Shown: positions 38,547 through 49,131 of the stretch, piece after piece
Numbering within the stretch: position 1 is the stretch's first letter
How the letters are laid out: the number at the start of each line of letters is the position of its first letter
NCBI GenBank assembly: GCA_946497775.1
Contig: CAMMLS010000001.1
Location: 96,280-160,279, forward strand
DNA length: 64,000 bases
Direction of reading: 5' to 3'
From: an uncultured Clostridium sp.
Lineage (GTDB): Bacteria > Bacillota > Clostridia > TANB77 > CAG-508
Notes under the pieces: generated by a model
Databases searched by the model: none
The model's input: the letters and a program-made list of their open reading frames with translations, nothing else
Told to the model about the DNA's origin: nothing
Position numbers and translations under genes: made by a program

Positions 38547-39806
38547 ATGGAAAATACAATTGCAATAGTTCTTGCAGCTGGTAAAGGAACTAGAATGAAA
38601 TCTGAAAAATCTAAACAAGTACATAAGATATTAGGAAAGGAAATAGTATTAAGATCAGTAGAAAATGCAAAAAAAGCAGGAATAGATGATATTATTGCTG
38701 TGGTAGGATACAAAAAAGAACAGGTTCAAGATGTTTTAAAAGATTCTGTAAAATATGTAGTGCAAGAAGAAATGTTAGGAACAGGGCATGCAGTAATGCA
38801 AGCAAAACAATATTTAGAAGGTAAAAAAGGAAAAGTTGTTGTTTTAAATGGAGATGTTCCAATACTAAGACCAGAGACAATAAGAAAACTTATAGAAAAA
38901 AGTAACAGTAATAAAGAATATGCAACATTATTATCTGCAATATATGAAAATCCTTGTGGATACGGAAGAATAATAAGAGACGAAGGCGGAAATGTAGAAG
39001 GAATAGTAGAAGAAAAAGATGCCAATGAACAACAAAAAGAAATTAAAGAAATAAATGCTGGAATATACTGCTTTGACATACCAGAGCTATTGAAAGCATT
39101 AGATGAAATAAATAATGATAATGCAAGTGGAGAGTATTACATAACAGATGTAATAAAAATAATGAATGATAAAGGACTAAAAACAGGTGCAACAATAGTA
39201 GAAGATAATACAGAAATACTAGGAGTAAATGATAAAGTTCAATTAGAAATTTTAACAAGAATTTTAAGACTTAGAATAAATGCAGAATTTATGGCAAAAG
39301 GTGTAATAATAGAAGATACAAATACAACATATATATATGATGATGTGGAAATAGGAGTAGATACTGTAATACACCCAAATACAACAATAAAATCAGATGT
39401 AATAATTGGAGCTAATTGTGAAATAGGACCAAATGCATACATTAGAGAAAAATGCAGATTAGCAGACAATGTTAAAATTGGAAATTTCGTAGAAATAAAA
39501 AATACAAAAGTTGGAACTGGAAGTAAGGTACCTCATTTTATATATTTAGGGGATTGTGAAGTAGGAGAACGTTGCAATATAGGATGTGGAACAATAACTT
39601 GCAATTATGATGGATTTAACAAAAGTAAAACAATTATAGGTGACCATGTATTTATAGGTTCAAATACAAACCTAGTAGCCCCAGTAAGTGTTGGAGATAA
39701 TGCATTTGTTGCAGCAGGATCTACAATTACAGATGATGTACCAGAATATGCATTAGCAATAGCCAGACAAAAACAAATAAATAAAGAAAATTGGAATAAA
39801 AAATAA
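38547..39806 (+). CDS. glmU: bifunctional GlcNAc-1-phosphate uridyltransferase / GlcN-1-phosphate acetyltransferase
   Basis: AIVLAAGKGTRMKS...LGTGHAV..., with C-terminal left-handed beta-helix hexapeptide repeats. Confidence 0.9.
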   Translation: MENTIAIVLAAGKGTRMKSEKSKQVHKILGKEIVLRSVENAKKAGIDDIIAVVGYKKEQVQDVLKDSVKYVVQEEMLGTGHAVMQAKQYLEGKKGKVVVLNGDVPILRPETIRKLIEKSNSNKEYATLLSAIYENPCGYGRIIRDEGGNVEGIVEEKDANEQQKEIKEINAGIYCFDIPELLKALDEINNDNASGEYYITDVIKIMNDKGLKTGATIVEDNTEILGVNDKVQLEILTRILRLRINAEFMAKGVIIEDTNTTYIYDDVEIGVDTVIHPNTTIKSDVIIGANCEIGPNAYIREKCRLADNVKIGNFVEIKNTKVGTGSKVPHFIYLGDCEVGERCNIGCGTITCNYDGFNKSKTIIGDHVFIGSNTNLVAPVSVGDNAFVAAGSTITDDVPEYALAIARQKQINKENWNKK

Positions 39807-39814
39807 AATAATTA

Positions 39815-39852
39815 AAAAGAGGGAATTCTATTTTTAGAATATCCCTCTTTTT
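39815..39852. terminator. imperfect bidirectional terminator
   Basis: AAAAGAGGGAATTCTA pairs with TAGAATATCCCTCTTTTT. Confidence 0.65.
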
Positions 39853-39869
39853 GTAATTAGGTCAAATTA

Positions 39870-40241
39870 CTACATTTTTTGTTCGCCAGGAATAATGTAG
39901 TCAATAACTCCATAAATTAGAGCACCTATTATTGCTGCAATCCAAGAAATTGAATATCCAGCAACAAAATATTGTGTAAGGTAAAGAGTAACAGCAGCTA
40001 AAATAAATCCTACAAAACCTTTACCAAATGGACTAGCATGAAGTCCTGTGAATTTAACTATTAGGTAATCCATTACAGTAAGAACAATTGCTGCAAGGGC
40101 TAATGACCATATATTACTTATACTAAATCCAGGTGTAAAAAATGCTGTTATAGCAAGGACAATTGCAGCTGCAACAAGTCTACTAACCATTTGACCAATT
40201 GTACCCATTGTGCTACCTGTATTTACTTGATTGTTATCCAT
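39870..40241 (-). CDS. small 4-TM integral membrane protein (holin-4/YvlD- or YndM-like, uncertain)
   Basis: 123 aa made almost entirely of four hydrophobic helices. RBS aaggagg. Confidence 0.55.
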   Translation of the reverse strand: MDNNQVNTGSTMGTIGQMVSRLVAAAIVLAITAFFTPGFSISNIWSLALAAIVLTVMDYLIVKFTGLHASPFGKGFVGFILAAVTLYLTQYFVAGYSISWIAAIIGALIYGVIDYIIPGEQKM

Positions 40242-40381
40242 AATTTAACCTCCTTTAAAGACAAATGATAATTTATTGTTTTGTAATAATATTATTTACA
40301 AAAATAAACTATCTATTCAAGTATAGTTTAAGAAAAAATGCAAAAAATATACTAGAAAAATAAAAAAAGCTGGAGGAAAAA

Positions 40382-41065
40382 ATGTTAATTACTTTTATAA
40401 GAGCAATAATTTTATACATACTAGTATTAATTATCATGAGAATGATGGGAAAAAGAGAAATTGGACAGCTTCAACCATTTGAACTTGCAATATCTATCTT
40501 AATAGCAGATTTAGCATCTATACCAATGGCAGATGTAGGAATACCAATATTTGATGGGATTATGCCAATTTTAGCTTTATTAGTTATGCATTTAATTATA
40601 TCTTCTATTAATTTAAGAAGTATTAATATAAGAAAAGTAATTTGTGGGAAACCAAGTATATTAATATATAGAGGGAAAATTGATGAAATAGTATTAAAAA
40701 AAGAAAAATTTACAATAAATGAATTACAAGAAAGATTAAGGGGAAGTAATGTGTTTAATGTATCTGATGTTGAATATGCTATTTTAGAAACTAGTGGACA
40801 AATTACAGTAATACAGAAGCCAAATAAAAGAAATACAATTCCAGAAGACTTTAATATTATGCCACAATATGAAGGTATGTCATATGATTTAATAGTAGAT
40901 GGGAAAATAATGTATGAGAATTTAAAATCACTTGGAAAAGATTATAATTGGCTTGAAAAAGAAATAAAGAAATTTAAATTAACACCAAAGCAAACTTTGC
41001 TTATGACAATAGATGGAAAAGGAGAAATATTCTGCCAAGCAAAGGAGAGAAAAAATGAAAGATAG
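40382..41065 (+). CDS. DUF421 (YetF/YdfS-like) membrane protein
   Basis: ILYILVLIIMRMMGKREIGQLQPFELAISILIADLA is the characteristic DUF421 N-terminus. Confidence 0.8.
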   Translation: MLITFIRAIILYILVLIIMRMMGKREIGQLQPFELAISILIADLASIPMADVGIPIFDGIMPILALLVMHLIISSINLRSINIRKVICGKPSILIYRGKIDEIVLKKEKFTINELQERLRGSNVFNVSDVEYAILETSGQITVIQKPNKRNTIPEDFNIMPQYEGMSYDLIVDGKIMYENLKSLGKDYNWLEKEIKKFKLTPKQTLLMTIDGKGEIFCQAKERKNER

Positions 41066-41429
41066 TGCTATAATATTTGTAATAATAGTAATGGTTATTA
41101 TAGGAAATATAATTTCACAAAATATTTTAAAACAAGATAGTGAAAATTTGACTAATAAATTAGAAGATTTAAAACAAAATATTAATCAAAAAGAATTGGC
41201 AAAAGAAAAAGTAAATGAAATTTATGAATTATGGGAAGAAATAGATTCTAGATGGTCAATAATAATAACACATCAAGAACTAGATTTAATAAAAACCGCT
41301 ATTTTGACCATAAAAGCAGGAATAGAAGTTGATGACCGCCAAATTGCATATGAGCAAATAGAAAATTCAATATTTCTTGTAGGACATATTAAAGAAAAAG
41401 AGGCTTTGAGCTTGAAAAATATTTTTTAA
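41055..41429 (+). CDS. DUF4363-family protein
   Basis: N-terminal TM, then ...WEEIDSRWSIIITHQELDLI... It is the usual partner of DUF421 genes (from recall). I chose ATG 41055 (RBS aaggagag), which overlaps the upstream gene by 11 nt. Confidence 0.65.
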   Translation: MKDSAIIFVIIVMVIIGNIISQNILKQDSENLTNKLEDLKQNINQKELAKEKVNEIYELWEEIDSRWSIIITHQELDLIKTAILTIKAGIEVDDRQIAYEQIENSIFLVGHIKEKEALSLKNIF

Positions 41430-41458
41430 AAAAGATATTATAAAATATCTTTTTTTTT
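41429..41458 (+). terminator. rho-independent terminator
   Basis: AGATATT pairs with AATATCT, followed by a long T-run. Confidence 0.65.
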
Positions 41459-41496
41459 AATTTACAATATGATATATTAATTTCGGGAGTGATAAT

Positions 41497-42312
41497 ATGA
41501 ATGAGATAGATAGACTAAAAAATATTGCTAAACAAATACGTTTAGATATTATAGAAGAAGTATACAGTGCACAATCTGGACATCCAGGAGGAGCTTTATC
41601 GGTTACGGATATTTTAACAGTTTTATATTTTCATGAAATGAATATAAATCCAGAAAAGCCCGATATGGAAAATAGAGATAGACTTGTTTTATCAAAAGGA
41701 CATGCCAGTGCAGCTTTATATGCTACATTGGCAAATAGAGGCTTTTTTGATAGAGAAAATCTAAAAACATTTAGAAAAATAAATAGTAATTTGCAAGGTC
41801 ATCCAGATAAAAACAAAGTTCCAGGAGTTGATATGACAACAGGTTCGTTAGGGCAAGGTTTATCTGCTGCAAATGGTATGGCAATTGCCGGAAAGCTTAA
41901 TAATAAAGATTATAGGGTTTATTGCATTTTAGGAGATGGAGAAATAGAAGAAGGGCAAATATGGGAAGCAGCCATGGCAGCGGCTCATTATAAACTTGAT
42001 AATTTATGTGTTATTGTAGATAATAATAATTTACAAATAGATGGAGAAATAAGCAATGTAATGAACTCATATCCGATTGATGAAAAATTTGAAAGTTTTG
42101 GGTTTGAAGTAATGAATATAGATGGACATGATATTGATGAAATTATAAAAGCTTTTGAAGTAGCAAAAAATATCAAGGGTAAACCGGTAGCCATTATTGC
42201 AAAAACAATAAAAGGGAAAGGCGTGGACTTTATGGAAAATCAAGCTGGGTGGCATGGTAAAGCACCAAATGAAGAACAATATAAGCAAGCTATAAATTAT
42301 ATTAATAAATAA
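41497..42312 (+). CDS. transketolase, N-terminal (TPP-binding) subunit
   Basis: SGHPGGALSVTDILTVLYF, LSKGHASAALYA and GDGEIEEGQIWEA. Confidence 0.9.
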   Translation: MNEIDRLKNIAKQIRLDIIEEVYSAQSGHPGGALSVTDILTVLYFHEMNINPEKPDMENRDRLVLSKGHASAALYATLANRGFFDRENLKTFRKINSNLQGHPDKNKVPGVDMTTGSLGQGLSAANGMAIAGKLNNKDYRVYCILGDGEIEEGQIWEAAMAAAHYKLDNLCVIVDNNNLQIDGEISNVMNSYPIDEKFESFGFEVMNIDGHDIDEIIKAFEVAKNIKGKPVAIIAKTIKGKGVDFMENQAGWHGKAPNEEQYKQAINYINK

Positions 42313-42332
42313 GTAGAGGGAAGGAATTAAAA

Positions 42333-43272
42333 ATGAATGAACAAATAAAAAAAGCAACAAGGGAAAGTTATGGAGAAGAATTAGAAAAAATAGGTAAAGA
42401 AAATAATAAAATTGTAGTTTTAGATGCAGACCTATCTTCTGCTACTAAAACAAATATATTTGCAAAAAGTATTCCGGAAAGATTTTTTGATATGGGAATA
42501 GCTGAGCAAAATATGATGTCTACTGCTGCAGGGATGGCAACTTGTGGACTAATTCCTTATGTAAGTACATTTGCGATATTTGCCGCAGGAAGGGCATATG
42601 ATCAAATTAGAAATAGTATTTGCTATCCAAAGCTAAATGTAAAGATATGTGCTACACATGCTGGAATAACAGTGGGAGAAGATGGAGCAACACACCAAAT
42701 GATTGAAGATTTAGCACTTATGAGAGCTATTCCTAATTTAGTAGTTATGAGCACATCTGATGATACACAAACCAAATGGGCTGTAAGAGAAATTTTAAAA
42801 ATAAATGGGCCAGTATATTTAAGATTATGCAGATTAGCATCACCTATTATTTATAATAATGAACAAGAATTTGAAATAGGAAAAGCAATACAAATAGGAA
42901 ATGGTGAAGATGCAACAGTATTTGCTACACGGAATAACAGTAGCTGAAAGCTTAAAAGCAAAAGAAATACTTGAAAAAGAAGGAATAAATATAAGAGTTG
43001 TTGATGTTCATACAATTAAGCCAATAGATAAAGAAACTATTATTAAATGTGCAAGGGAAACTAAAAAATTAATTTCGGTAGAGGACCATAATATAATTGG
43101 AGGATTAGGTAGTGCTATTGCAGAAGTTTTAACTGAGTACGAACCAAAGAAATTAATTAGATTAGGTGTTAAAGATACCTTTGGCAAATCTGGAAAAGCA
43201 GAAGAACTTATGGATTATTTTAACATAACATCATCAAATATAGTAGAGGCAGTAAAGACAAGTAATATGTAG
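42333..43272 (+). CDS. transketolase, C-terminal (pyrimidine-binding) subunit; frame broken (+1) at CGG 42930-42932
   Basis: Upstream frame: FFDMGIAEQNMMSTAAG...GATHQMIEDLALMRAIPN...EDATVFAT. +1 frame: GITVAESLKAKEILEKEGINIRVVDVHTIKPIDKE. Confidence 0.85.
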
Positions 43273-43313
43273 TTGTGACATACAAAAATAGAGAAAAATT
43301 AAATAAAAATAAC

Positions 43314-43352
43314 AAAAAACGATATAAAAAGTAAAAAATATATCGTTTTTTT
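43314..43352 (+). terminator. rho-independent terminator
   Basis: ACGATATA pairs with TATATCGT, extended by A/T runs. Confidence 0.7.
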
Positions 43353-43438
43353 GCTTATAAGATATTGCAAAAAAAAATATTTATTGTTATTATATAAAAG
43401 AAAAAATATAATTTTTTGAAAACTTGTAAGGAGATAAG

Positions 43439-44126
43439 ATGATAGAGTTTAAAAATGTTAGTAAAACATATGATACAGGCACAGTTGCCGTAAAAAATGC
43501 TAATTTTAAAATTGAAAAGGGAGAATTTGCATTTTTGGTTGGCTCATCAGGTTCTCGGAAAGTCTACTCTTATAAAGATGATATTAAAAGAAGAAGAACC
43601 AACATCAGGAAATATTATTATAAATGGAAAAGATACGACATTCTTAAAGCAAAGTAAAGTACCATATTTAAGAAGAAGCATGGGAATTGTTTTTCAAGAT
43701 TTTAGATTGTTACCAGATAAAACCGTATATGATAATGTCGCATTTGCGATGCATGTTGTAAGAGCAACACCTAAACATATAAGAAGACAAGTGCCTATGG
43801 TTCTTGCATTAGTTGGTTTGAGTAATAAAGCAAAGGTATATCCAGATGAACTTTCAGGAGGAGAACAACAAAGAGTTGCACTTGCAAGGGCACTAGTTAA
43901 TAATCCTTCTGTAATAATTGCAGATGAACCAACAGGAAACTTAGATCCAGATACCGCATGGGATATAATAACTCTTTTAAATGATATAAATATGAGAGGA
44001 ACAACAGTAGTTGTAGCAACACATGCAAAGGATATTGTTGATAAAATGAAAAAAAGAGTTATTGAAATTCATCAAGGTGAGATTATAAGAGATATTAAAA
44101 AAGGTGGTTATGATAGTGAAGTATAA
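43439..44126 (+). CDS. ftsE: cell division ATP-binding protein FtsE; frame broken (+1) at CGG 43556-43558 inside the Walker A
   Basis: Upstream frame: [11 protein letters not shown]...[12 protein letters not shown]. +1 frame: [13 protein letters not shown]...[15 protein letters not shown]...[11 protein letters not shown]. Skipping C43556 gives the P-loop GSSGSGKST. Confidence 0.9.
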
Positions 44127-45006
44127 CATTTTAGGATATTTAATAAGTGAAGGATTTAAGAATGTATTTAAAAATAAAAAATCTACAATTTCTTGTTTAA
44201 TAATAATGTGTGCAACAATGCTTATTTTTGGAATTTTCTTCTTAATTGGAGAAAATGTTAAGCATACAATGGAAGAAATAGAATCAGAACAAGCCTTTGA
44301 AGTATTTATAAAAGATGATGCAACAGAAGCCGAAATAGCAAAATTAGGTGAAGAAATAAAAGCAGTAAACGGAGTAAATACAATACAATATAAATCAAAA
44401 GAAGATGCATTAACATCTATGAAGGAAAGATTTAAAGAATATCAATCTTTATTAGATGGATTATACATATTTTCACCATCATATGTAGTTAATTTAACAG
44501 ATTTGGAATTAAGCCAGTCAGCACAAGAGCAAATATTACAATTAGATAATGTAAAAAAAATTACTAGTAGTGATAAAACTATGAAAGCATTAGTGGCATT
44601 AGCTAATGGTATAAATACAATTACAGCAATTGTGTTAGTGCTTTTAGTGTTAATCTCTATATTTATAATATCAAATACAATAAAACTTACAGTACATGCA
44701 AGACGTAAAGAAATTTCAATAATGAAATATATAGGGGCAACTAATAATTTTATAAGATCACCATTTATCGTTGAAGGTATAATAATAGGATTAGTTGCTG
44801 CTATGATTTCAGTATTACTAATAGGTTTATCTTATAATGTGATTGCAGAAAAATTATTGACCTCTTCAATATCAGAATTAGTTTCATTCCAATTACTAGG
44901 ATTTAATGAATTATTTAATTTAATAGTTATTGTATACCTAGTGCTAGGAGTTGGAGTTGGAGTTTTAGGAAGCGTAATTTCTATGAGAAGATATTTAAAA
45001 GTGTAA
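44104..45006 (+). CDS. ftsX: cell division permease-like protein FtsX
   Basis: 4-TM FtsX topology with an extracellular loop domain. It overlaps the ftsE stop. The exact start is uncertain (44104, 44110 or 44116). Confidence 0.85.
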   Translation: MVMIVKYNILGYLISEGFKNVFKNKKSTISCLIIMCATMLIFGIFFLIGENVKHTMEEIESEQAFEVFIKDDATEAEIAKLGEEIKAVNGVNTIQYKSKEDALTSMKERFKEYQSLLDGLYIFSPSYVVNLTDLELSQSAQEQILQLDNVKKITSSDKTMKALVALANGINTITAIVLVLLVLISIFIISNTIKLTVHARRKEISIMKYIGATNNFIRSPFIVEGIIIGLVAAMISVLLIGLSYNVIAEKLLTSSISELVSFQLLGFNELFNLIVIVYLVLGVGVGVLGSVISMRRYLKV

Positions 45007-45024
45007 AGGAGTAAAAATAGAAGA

Positions 45025-46224
45025 GTGAAAAAAAGTTTAGCTATAATTTTTATAATAATAGCTGTCGTAATTTGTAGTATTACACCACCAATTAAAGCAC
45101 AAAATGAACAAACAAACGAAATTAGTGAAAATGCAGGAAATATGGAAACCCAAGAAAACACTGTTGAAAGCCTGCAAGCACAACATCAAGAAGTGGAATC
45201 ACAAATAGATGAAAAAAGGGAAAGATTAGAATACATTCAATCAGTTTTGCCAGAGGTAATGGTACAGCTACAAGAACTTAATGATAAAATATATGAATAT
45301 GAAAAAGAAATATCTACATTATCTACACAAGCACAATCTTTGGAAGATTCAATAAATAAATTAGAGGAAGAATTAAAAATAGCAGAAGAAAAATACGAAA
45401 AACAAAGAGAAGCTTTTGAAACAAGATTAATTGTAATGTATGAAGCAGGGGAAACAACATACTTAGATGTTTTGCTAAGTTCAAAAAGTATTTCTGAATT
45501 TATTTCTACATATTATATAATGTCAGAAATTGCAAGCATGGATAGTGAACTATTACAGGAAATTGAATTAGAAAAACAAGGAATAGAAACAGCAAAAGAA
45601 ACATTAGAACAGCAAAGAGAACAATACAAAGTAGCAAAAGATAATAGAGAAAAAACAGCTATAACATTGGAAAATACAAAAATAGTAAGAAATAACTATA
45701 TGAGTCAACTTACAGAAGAAGAGTTACAGCTACAACAAGAGATAGACACATATTATCAGCAAATAAATGACATAGAAGCAGAAATTGTAATGCTTACAAC
45801 TGCAAATGTCGGCTCAGATTATGCCGGAGGAGCTATGGCATGGCCAGTTCCAGGCTATTCAAGAATAACTTCTCCATTTGGAATGAGAACTCATCCAATT
45901 ACAGGCGTTTATAAATTGCATACAGGAACAGATATTTCAGCACCAATTGGTGCAAACTTTATAGCAGCTAATTCAGGAATTGTTATAAAGGCAGGATGGA
46001 ATAATGCTTATGGAAATATGGTAATAATTGACCATGGAGGAGGTGTTTCAACACTATATGCTCACGGTTCAGAAATTTTAGTACAAGTAGGACAAACTGT
46101 ACAAAAAGGGGATCCAGTATTAAAAGTAGGAAGTACTGGTTATTCAACAGGACCACATGCACATTTTGAAGTAAGAATTAATGGAGAGTATGTAAATCCA
46201 ATGAATTTTGTAAAACCAAATTAG
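45025..46224 (+). CDS. coiled-coil M23 peptidase (EnvC/PcsB-like)
   Basis: Signal sequence, long coiled coil, and an M23 domain with HTGTDISAP and GPHAHFEV. Confidence 0.8.
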   Translation: MKKSLAIIFIIIAVVICSITPPIKAQNEQTNEISENAGNMETQENTVESLQAQHQEVESQIDEKRERLEYIQSVLPEVMVQLQELNDKIYEYEKEISTLSTQAQSLEDSINKLEEELKIAEEKYEKQREAFETRLIVMYEAGETTYLDVLLSSKSISEFISTYYIMSEIASMDSELLQEIELEKQGIETAKETLEQQREQYKVAKDNREKTAITLENTKIVRNNYMSQLTEEELQLQQEIDTYYQQINDIEAEIVMLTTANVGSDYAGGAMAWPVPGYSRITSPFGMRTHPITGVYKLHTGTDISAPIGANFIAANSGIVIKAGWNNAYGNMVIIDHGGGVSTLYAHGSEILVQVGQTVQKGDPVLKVGSTGYSTGPHAHFEVRINGEYVNPMNFVKPN

Positions 46225-46236
46225 GTGGAGGTAAAA

Positions 46237-47436
46237 ATGAAAAAATACATAGGAAAATTTATAGCAATATTAGTTATATTAACATTAATATCGGTAAATA
46301 CGGTAGCATATGCTGCTAGTAAAAGTCAAATAAATAATGAACTAGATGAAACTAATTCTGAAATAGATAAAAAAGAAGGAGAATTAGAAAACGTACAACA
46401 AGAAATGTCAGCAGCAAGAAAAGAAATTAATAATTTGAATGTCCAAATACAAGGATATGAAGAAGAACTTGAATTAATAAATGACCAATTAGATGAATTA
46501 GAAGATTCAATAAAAGTACAAGAAGAAAACTTAGCAGCAGAAGAAAAAAACTATCAAAAACAAGAAGAGTTATTTCATCAAAGATTAATAGTTTTATATG
46601 AATCAGGAGAAACTTCTTATATTGATGTGCTTCTTGGCTCAGAAAATATTACTGAATTTTTATCATTATATTATATGATGTCCGAAATAGCACAAGCAGA
46701 TATGGAAATGCTTCAATCTATTGAAGAGAAAAAACAAGAAATACAAATAAATAAAGAAAACTTAGAAACATCAAAGGAACAAATTGCAGCTAAAAAAGAA
46801 AGTAAAGAACAAACATCAAGAGCATTGCAAGCTGCAAGAGCAACTAAAAATCAACAAATGGAAGAACTTTCAGATACTGAAAAAGCATTACAAGAAGAAT
46901 TAGAAATATTTGAAGAGCATAAAAAAGAACTACAAGCAGAACTTGAAAGAATAGCAAAAGAAGAAGCAAATAATAATCAAACAAATATATCTAATAATCC
47001 TAGTGCATCTGGATACATAAGCCCATTAGAAGGCAGAACAAAAAAAGACATAACAACACGTTATGGAGCAGGAGCATATTCATGGGGTGGATTCCATACA
47101 GGAGTTGACTTTGCTAGAACTTCTTCAAAAGGTGCAGTACAAGGTAAACCTATAAGAGCAGTTAAAGATGGAACTGTTGTAATATCTACTGCATACAAGA
47201 AAAATGGTAAATATGCAAGTTATGGAGAATACATAGTTATAGACCATCATGATGGAACAATGACATTATATGCTCATGGGGAACCAGGATCAAGAAAAGT
47301 TAGTGTAGGAGATAAAGTATCACAAGGACAAACAATAATGAATGTTGGTACAACAGGTAACTCAACAGGATATCACTTACACTTTGAAGTTAGAGTAAAT
47401 GGTAAATATGTTGATCCAACACCATACTTACCATAA
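46237..47436 (+). CDS. second coiled-coil M23 peptidase (tandem paralog)
   Basis: Same architecture, with HTGVDFART and GYHLHFEV. I chose ATG 46237 because the ORF-track GTG 46225 lies inside the RBS ggtggaggt. Confidence 0.8.
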   Translation: MKKYIGKFIAILVILTLISVNTVAYAASKSQINNELDETNSEIDKKEGELENVQQEMSAARKEINNLNVQIQGYEEELELINDQLDELEDSIKVQEENLAAEEKNYQKQEELFHQRLIVLYESGETSYIDVLLGSENITEFLSLYYMMSEIAQADMEMLQSIEEKKQEIQINKENLETSKEQIAAKKESKEQTSRALQAARATKNQQMEELSDTEKALQEELEIFEEHKKELQAELERIAKEEANNNQTNISNNPSASGYISPLEGRTKKDITTRYGAGAYSWGGFHTGVDFARTSSKGAVQGKPIRAVKDGTVVISTAYKKNGKYASYGEYIVIDHHDGTMTLYAHGEPGSRKVSVGDKVSQGQTIMNVGTTGNSTGYHLHFEVRVNGKYVDPTPYLP

Positions 47437-47524
47437 CAAAAATTGTTTTTACAATAAATAGCATACTATAAAAAAATTGGTATAGTATAATAAGAGAAAT
47501 ATATTCACGGAGGAATTATAAATA

Positions 47525-48727
47525 ATGGAACATGAAAAAGTACAGAGAATTTACAAAACAATTATGCTAGTTGTTTTGGTGGCTGTTATAACATTTATAG
47601 GAACCACAGTATTAATATATAATAAGCTAGGAGGTTCATCAAACATTAAATATGTAATGATTGGCGATGATGGAGGTAGTAGCTCTTTATTATCAAGATT
47701 AAAAACAGTTGTAGATAAATATTATCTTGGTGAATATGATGAAGAAAAAATGAAAGAAGAAGCTGCAAAAGGATATATAGAAGGACTAGGAGATGAATAT
47801 TCAGAATATATAACAGCAGAAGAATACGAAGAATTTTCCAAAGAAGTATATGGCTCTTTTGTAGGAATTGGAATATACTATGGTAAAACAATAGACAATG
47901 AAATGGTTATTGTATCAACAATAGGAAATTCAGTAGCGGAAAAAGCTGGCTTACAAGCCGGAGATGTAATTACAAAGGTAGATGATTTTGAAGTAACAGA
48001 AGATTCAACAACAGATGAGGTATCTGACAAAATAAAAGGTGAAGAAGGAACACAAGTAACAATAGAAGTATTAAGAGAAGGACAAAAATTAACTTTTAAT
48101 ATAACAAGAGAAAATGTAAAAGTACATTATATTAAATCAGAAGTTTTAGAAAATGATATTGGATATTTAAATATTACAAGTTTCGATGAGAAAACAGCAC
48201 AAGAATTTAAAACAAAATTAGAAGAACTTTTAGCGCAAAATGTTAAATCTCTAATAATAGATTTGAGAAATAATGGAGGAGGAATAGTACAAGAAGCAAC
48301 TCAAATCGCAGATTATTTATTAGATAAAGGACAAAAAATTATTATAACAAAAGATAAAGAGGGAAAAGAAGAAGTAACTTATTCAGAGCAAGACAAAATT
48401 ACAGACTTACCAATAGTTGTTTTAACAAATGCATACACAGCAAGCTCAGCTGAAATATTAACATCAGCATTAAAAGATAATAATAGAGCACAAGTAGTTG
48501 GTATAAAAACATATGGTAAAGGTGTAATCCAAAATGTTTATAGGCTAACAGATGGAAGTGCATTAAAATTAACAACACAAGAATATTATACAGCATTAGG
48601 AAATAAATTAAACGAGATAGGAATAGAACCAAATGTAGAAGTGGAATTGCCAGATGGTGTAAATATATATAATGTTCCAAGAGAGCAAGATACACAATTA
48701 CAAAAAGCAATAGAATTGTTAAAATAA
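47525..48727 (+). CDS. ctpA: carboxyl-terminal processing (S41) protease with PDZ domain
   Basis: PDZ domain (GLQAGDVITKVDD) and S41 core (DLRNNGGGIVQEA...TASSAEILTSALKDN...GKGVIQ). Confidence 0.85.
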   Translation: MEHEKVQRIYKTIMLVVLVAVITFIGTTVLIYNKLGGSSNIKYVMIGDDGGSSSLLSRLKTVVDKYYLGEYDEEKMKEEAAKGYIEGLGDEYSEYITAEEYEEFSKEVYGSFVGIGIYYGKTIDNEMVIVSTIGNSVAEKAGLQAGDVITKVDDFEVTEDSTTDEVSDKIKGEEGTQVTIEVLREGQKLTFNITRENVKVHYIKSEVLENDIGYLNITSFDEKTAQEFKTKLEELLAQNVKSLIIDLRNNGGGIVQEATQIADYLLDKGQKIIITKDKEGKEEVTYSEQDKITDLPIVVLTNAYTASSAEILTSALKDNNRAQVVGIKTYGKGVIQNVYRLTDGSALKLTTQEYYTALGNKLNEIGIEPNVEVELPDGVNIYNVPREQDTQLQKAIELLK

Positions 48728-48732
48728 AAAAT

Positions 48733-48777
48733 AATAGGAGATAAGCAAAATAAAACTTATCTCCTATTATTTTTTTT
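48733..48777 (+). terminator. rho-independent terminator
   Basis: AATAGGAGATAAG pairs with CTTATCTCCTATT, followed by a T-run. Confidence 0.8.
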
Positions 48778-48835
48778 AAGCAATCATTTATTTAAATTAA
48801 ATAACATATATATAAATAAACTAAGGAGGCAATTT

Positions 48836-49120
48836 ATGAAAAGAAAGCAGAAAGAAAATAAATTAGAAAGCTTATTAGAACTTCCAAAAGAAATAACCAC
48901 GAATCAACCTAAAATAACTATAATTGGTTTTGAAGAAATGCTAATAGAAAATTATAAAGGAATATTAGAATACGAAAATTTTTACATAAGGCTTGCTACA
49001 TATATAGGAATTATAAATATAAATGGATTTAACTTAAAACTAAATCAAATGAAAGAAGATACAATTTTGGTTACAGGGAAAATCGATAGTATCGATTTAG
49101 AAAATGATATTGAAAATTAG
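48836..49120 (+). CDS. yqfC: sporulation protein YqfC
   Basis: LELPKEITTNQPKITIIGFEEMLIENYKGILEYENFYIRL...; followed by yqfD. Confidence 0.85.
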   Translation: MKRKQKENKLESLLELPKEITTNQPKITIIGFEEMLIENYKGILEYENFYIRLATYIGIININGFNLKLNQMKEDTILVTGKIDSIDLENDIEN

Positions 49121-49131
49121 GAGATATTATT

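Noticed and set aside
45025-47436. The tandem coiled-coil M23 peptidases after ftsEX, as something unusual.
   Set aside because: An FtsEX-associated EnvC/PcsB-like activator or hydrolase followed by CtpA is a common Firmicute arrangement. The duplication alone is not remarkable.
49081-49100. The near-palindrome ATCGATAGTATCGAT inside yqfC.
   Set aside because: It simply encodes IDSIDL in frame. It is a single occurrence with no flanking signal.
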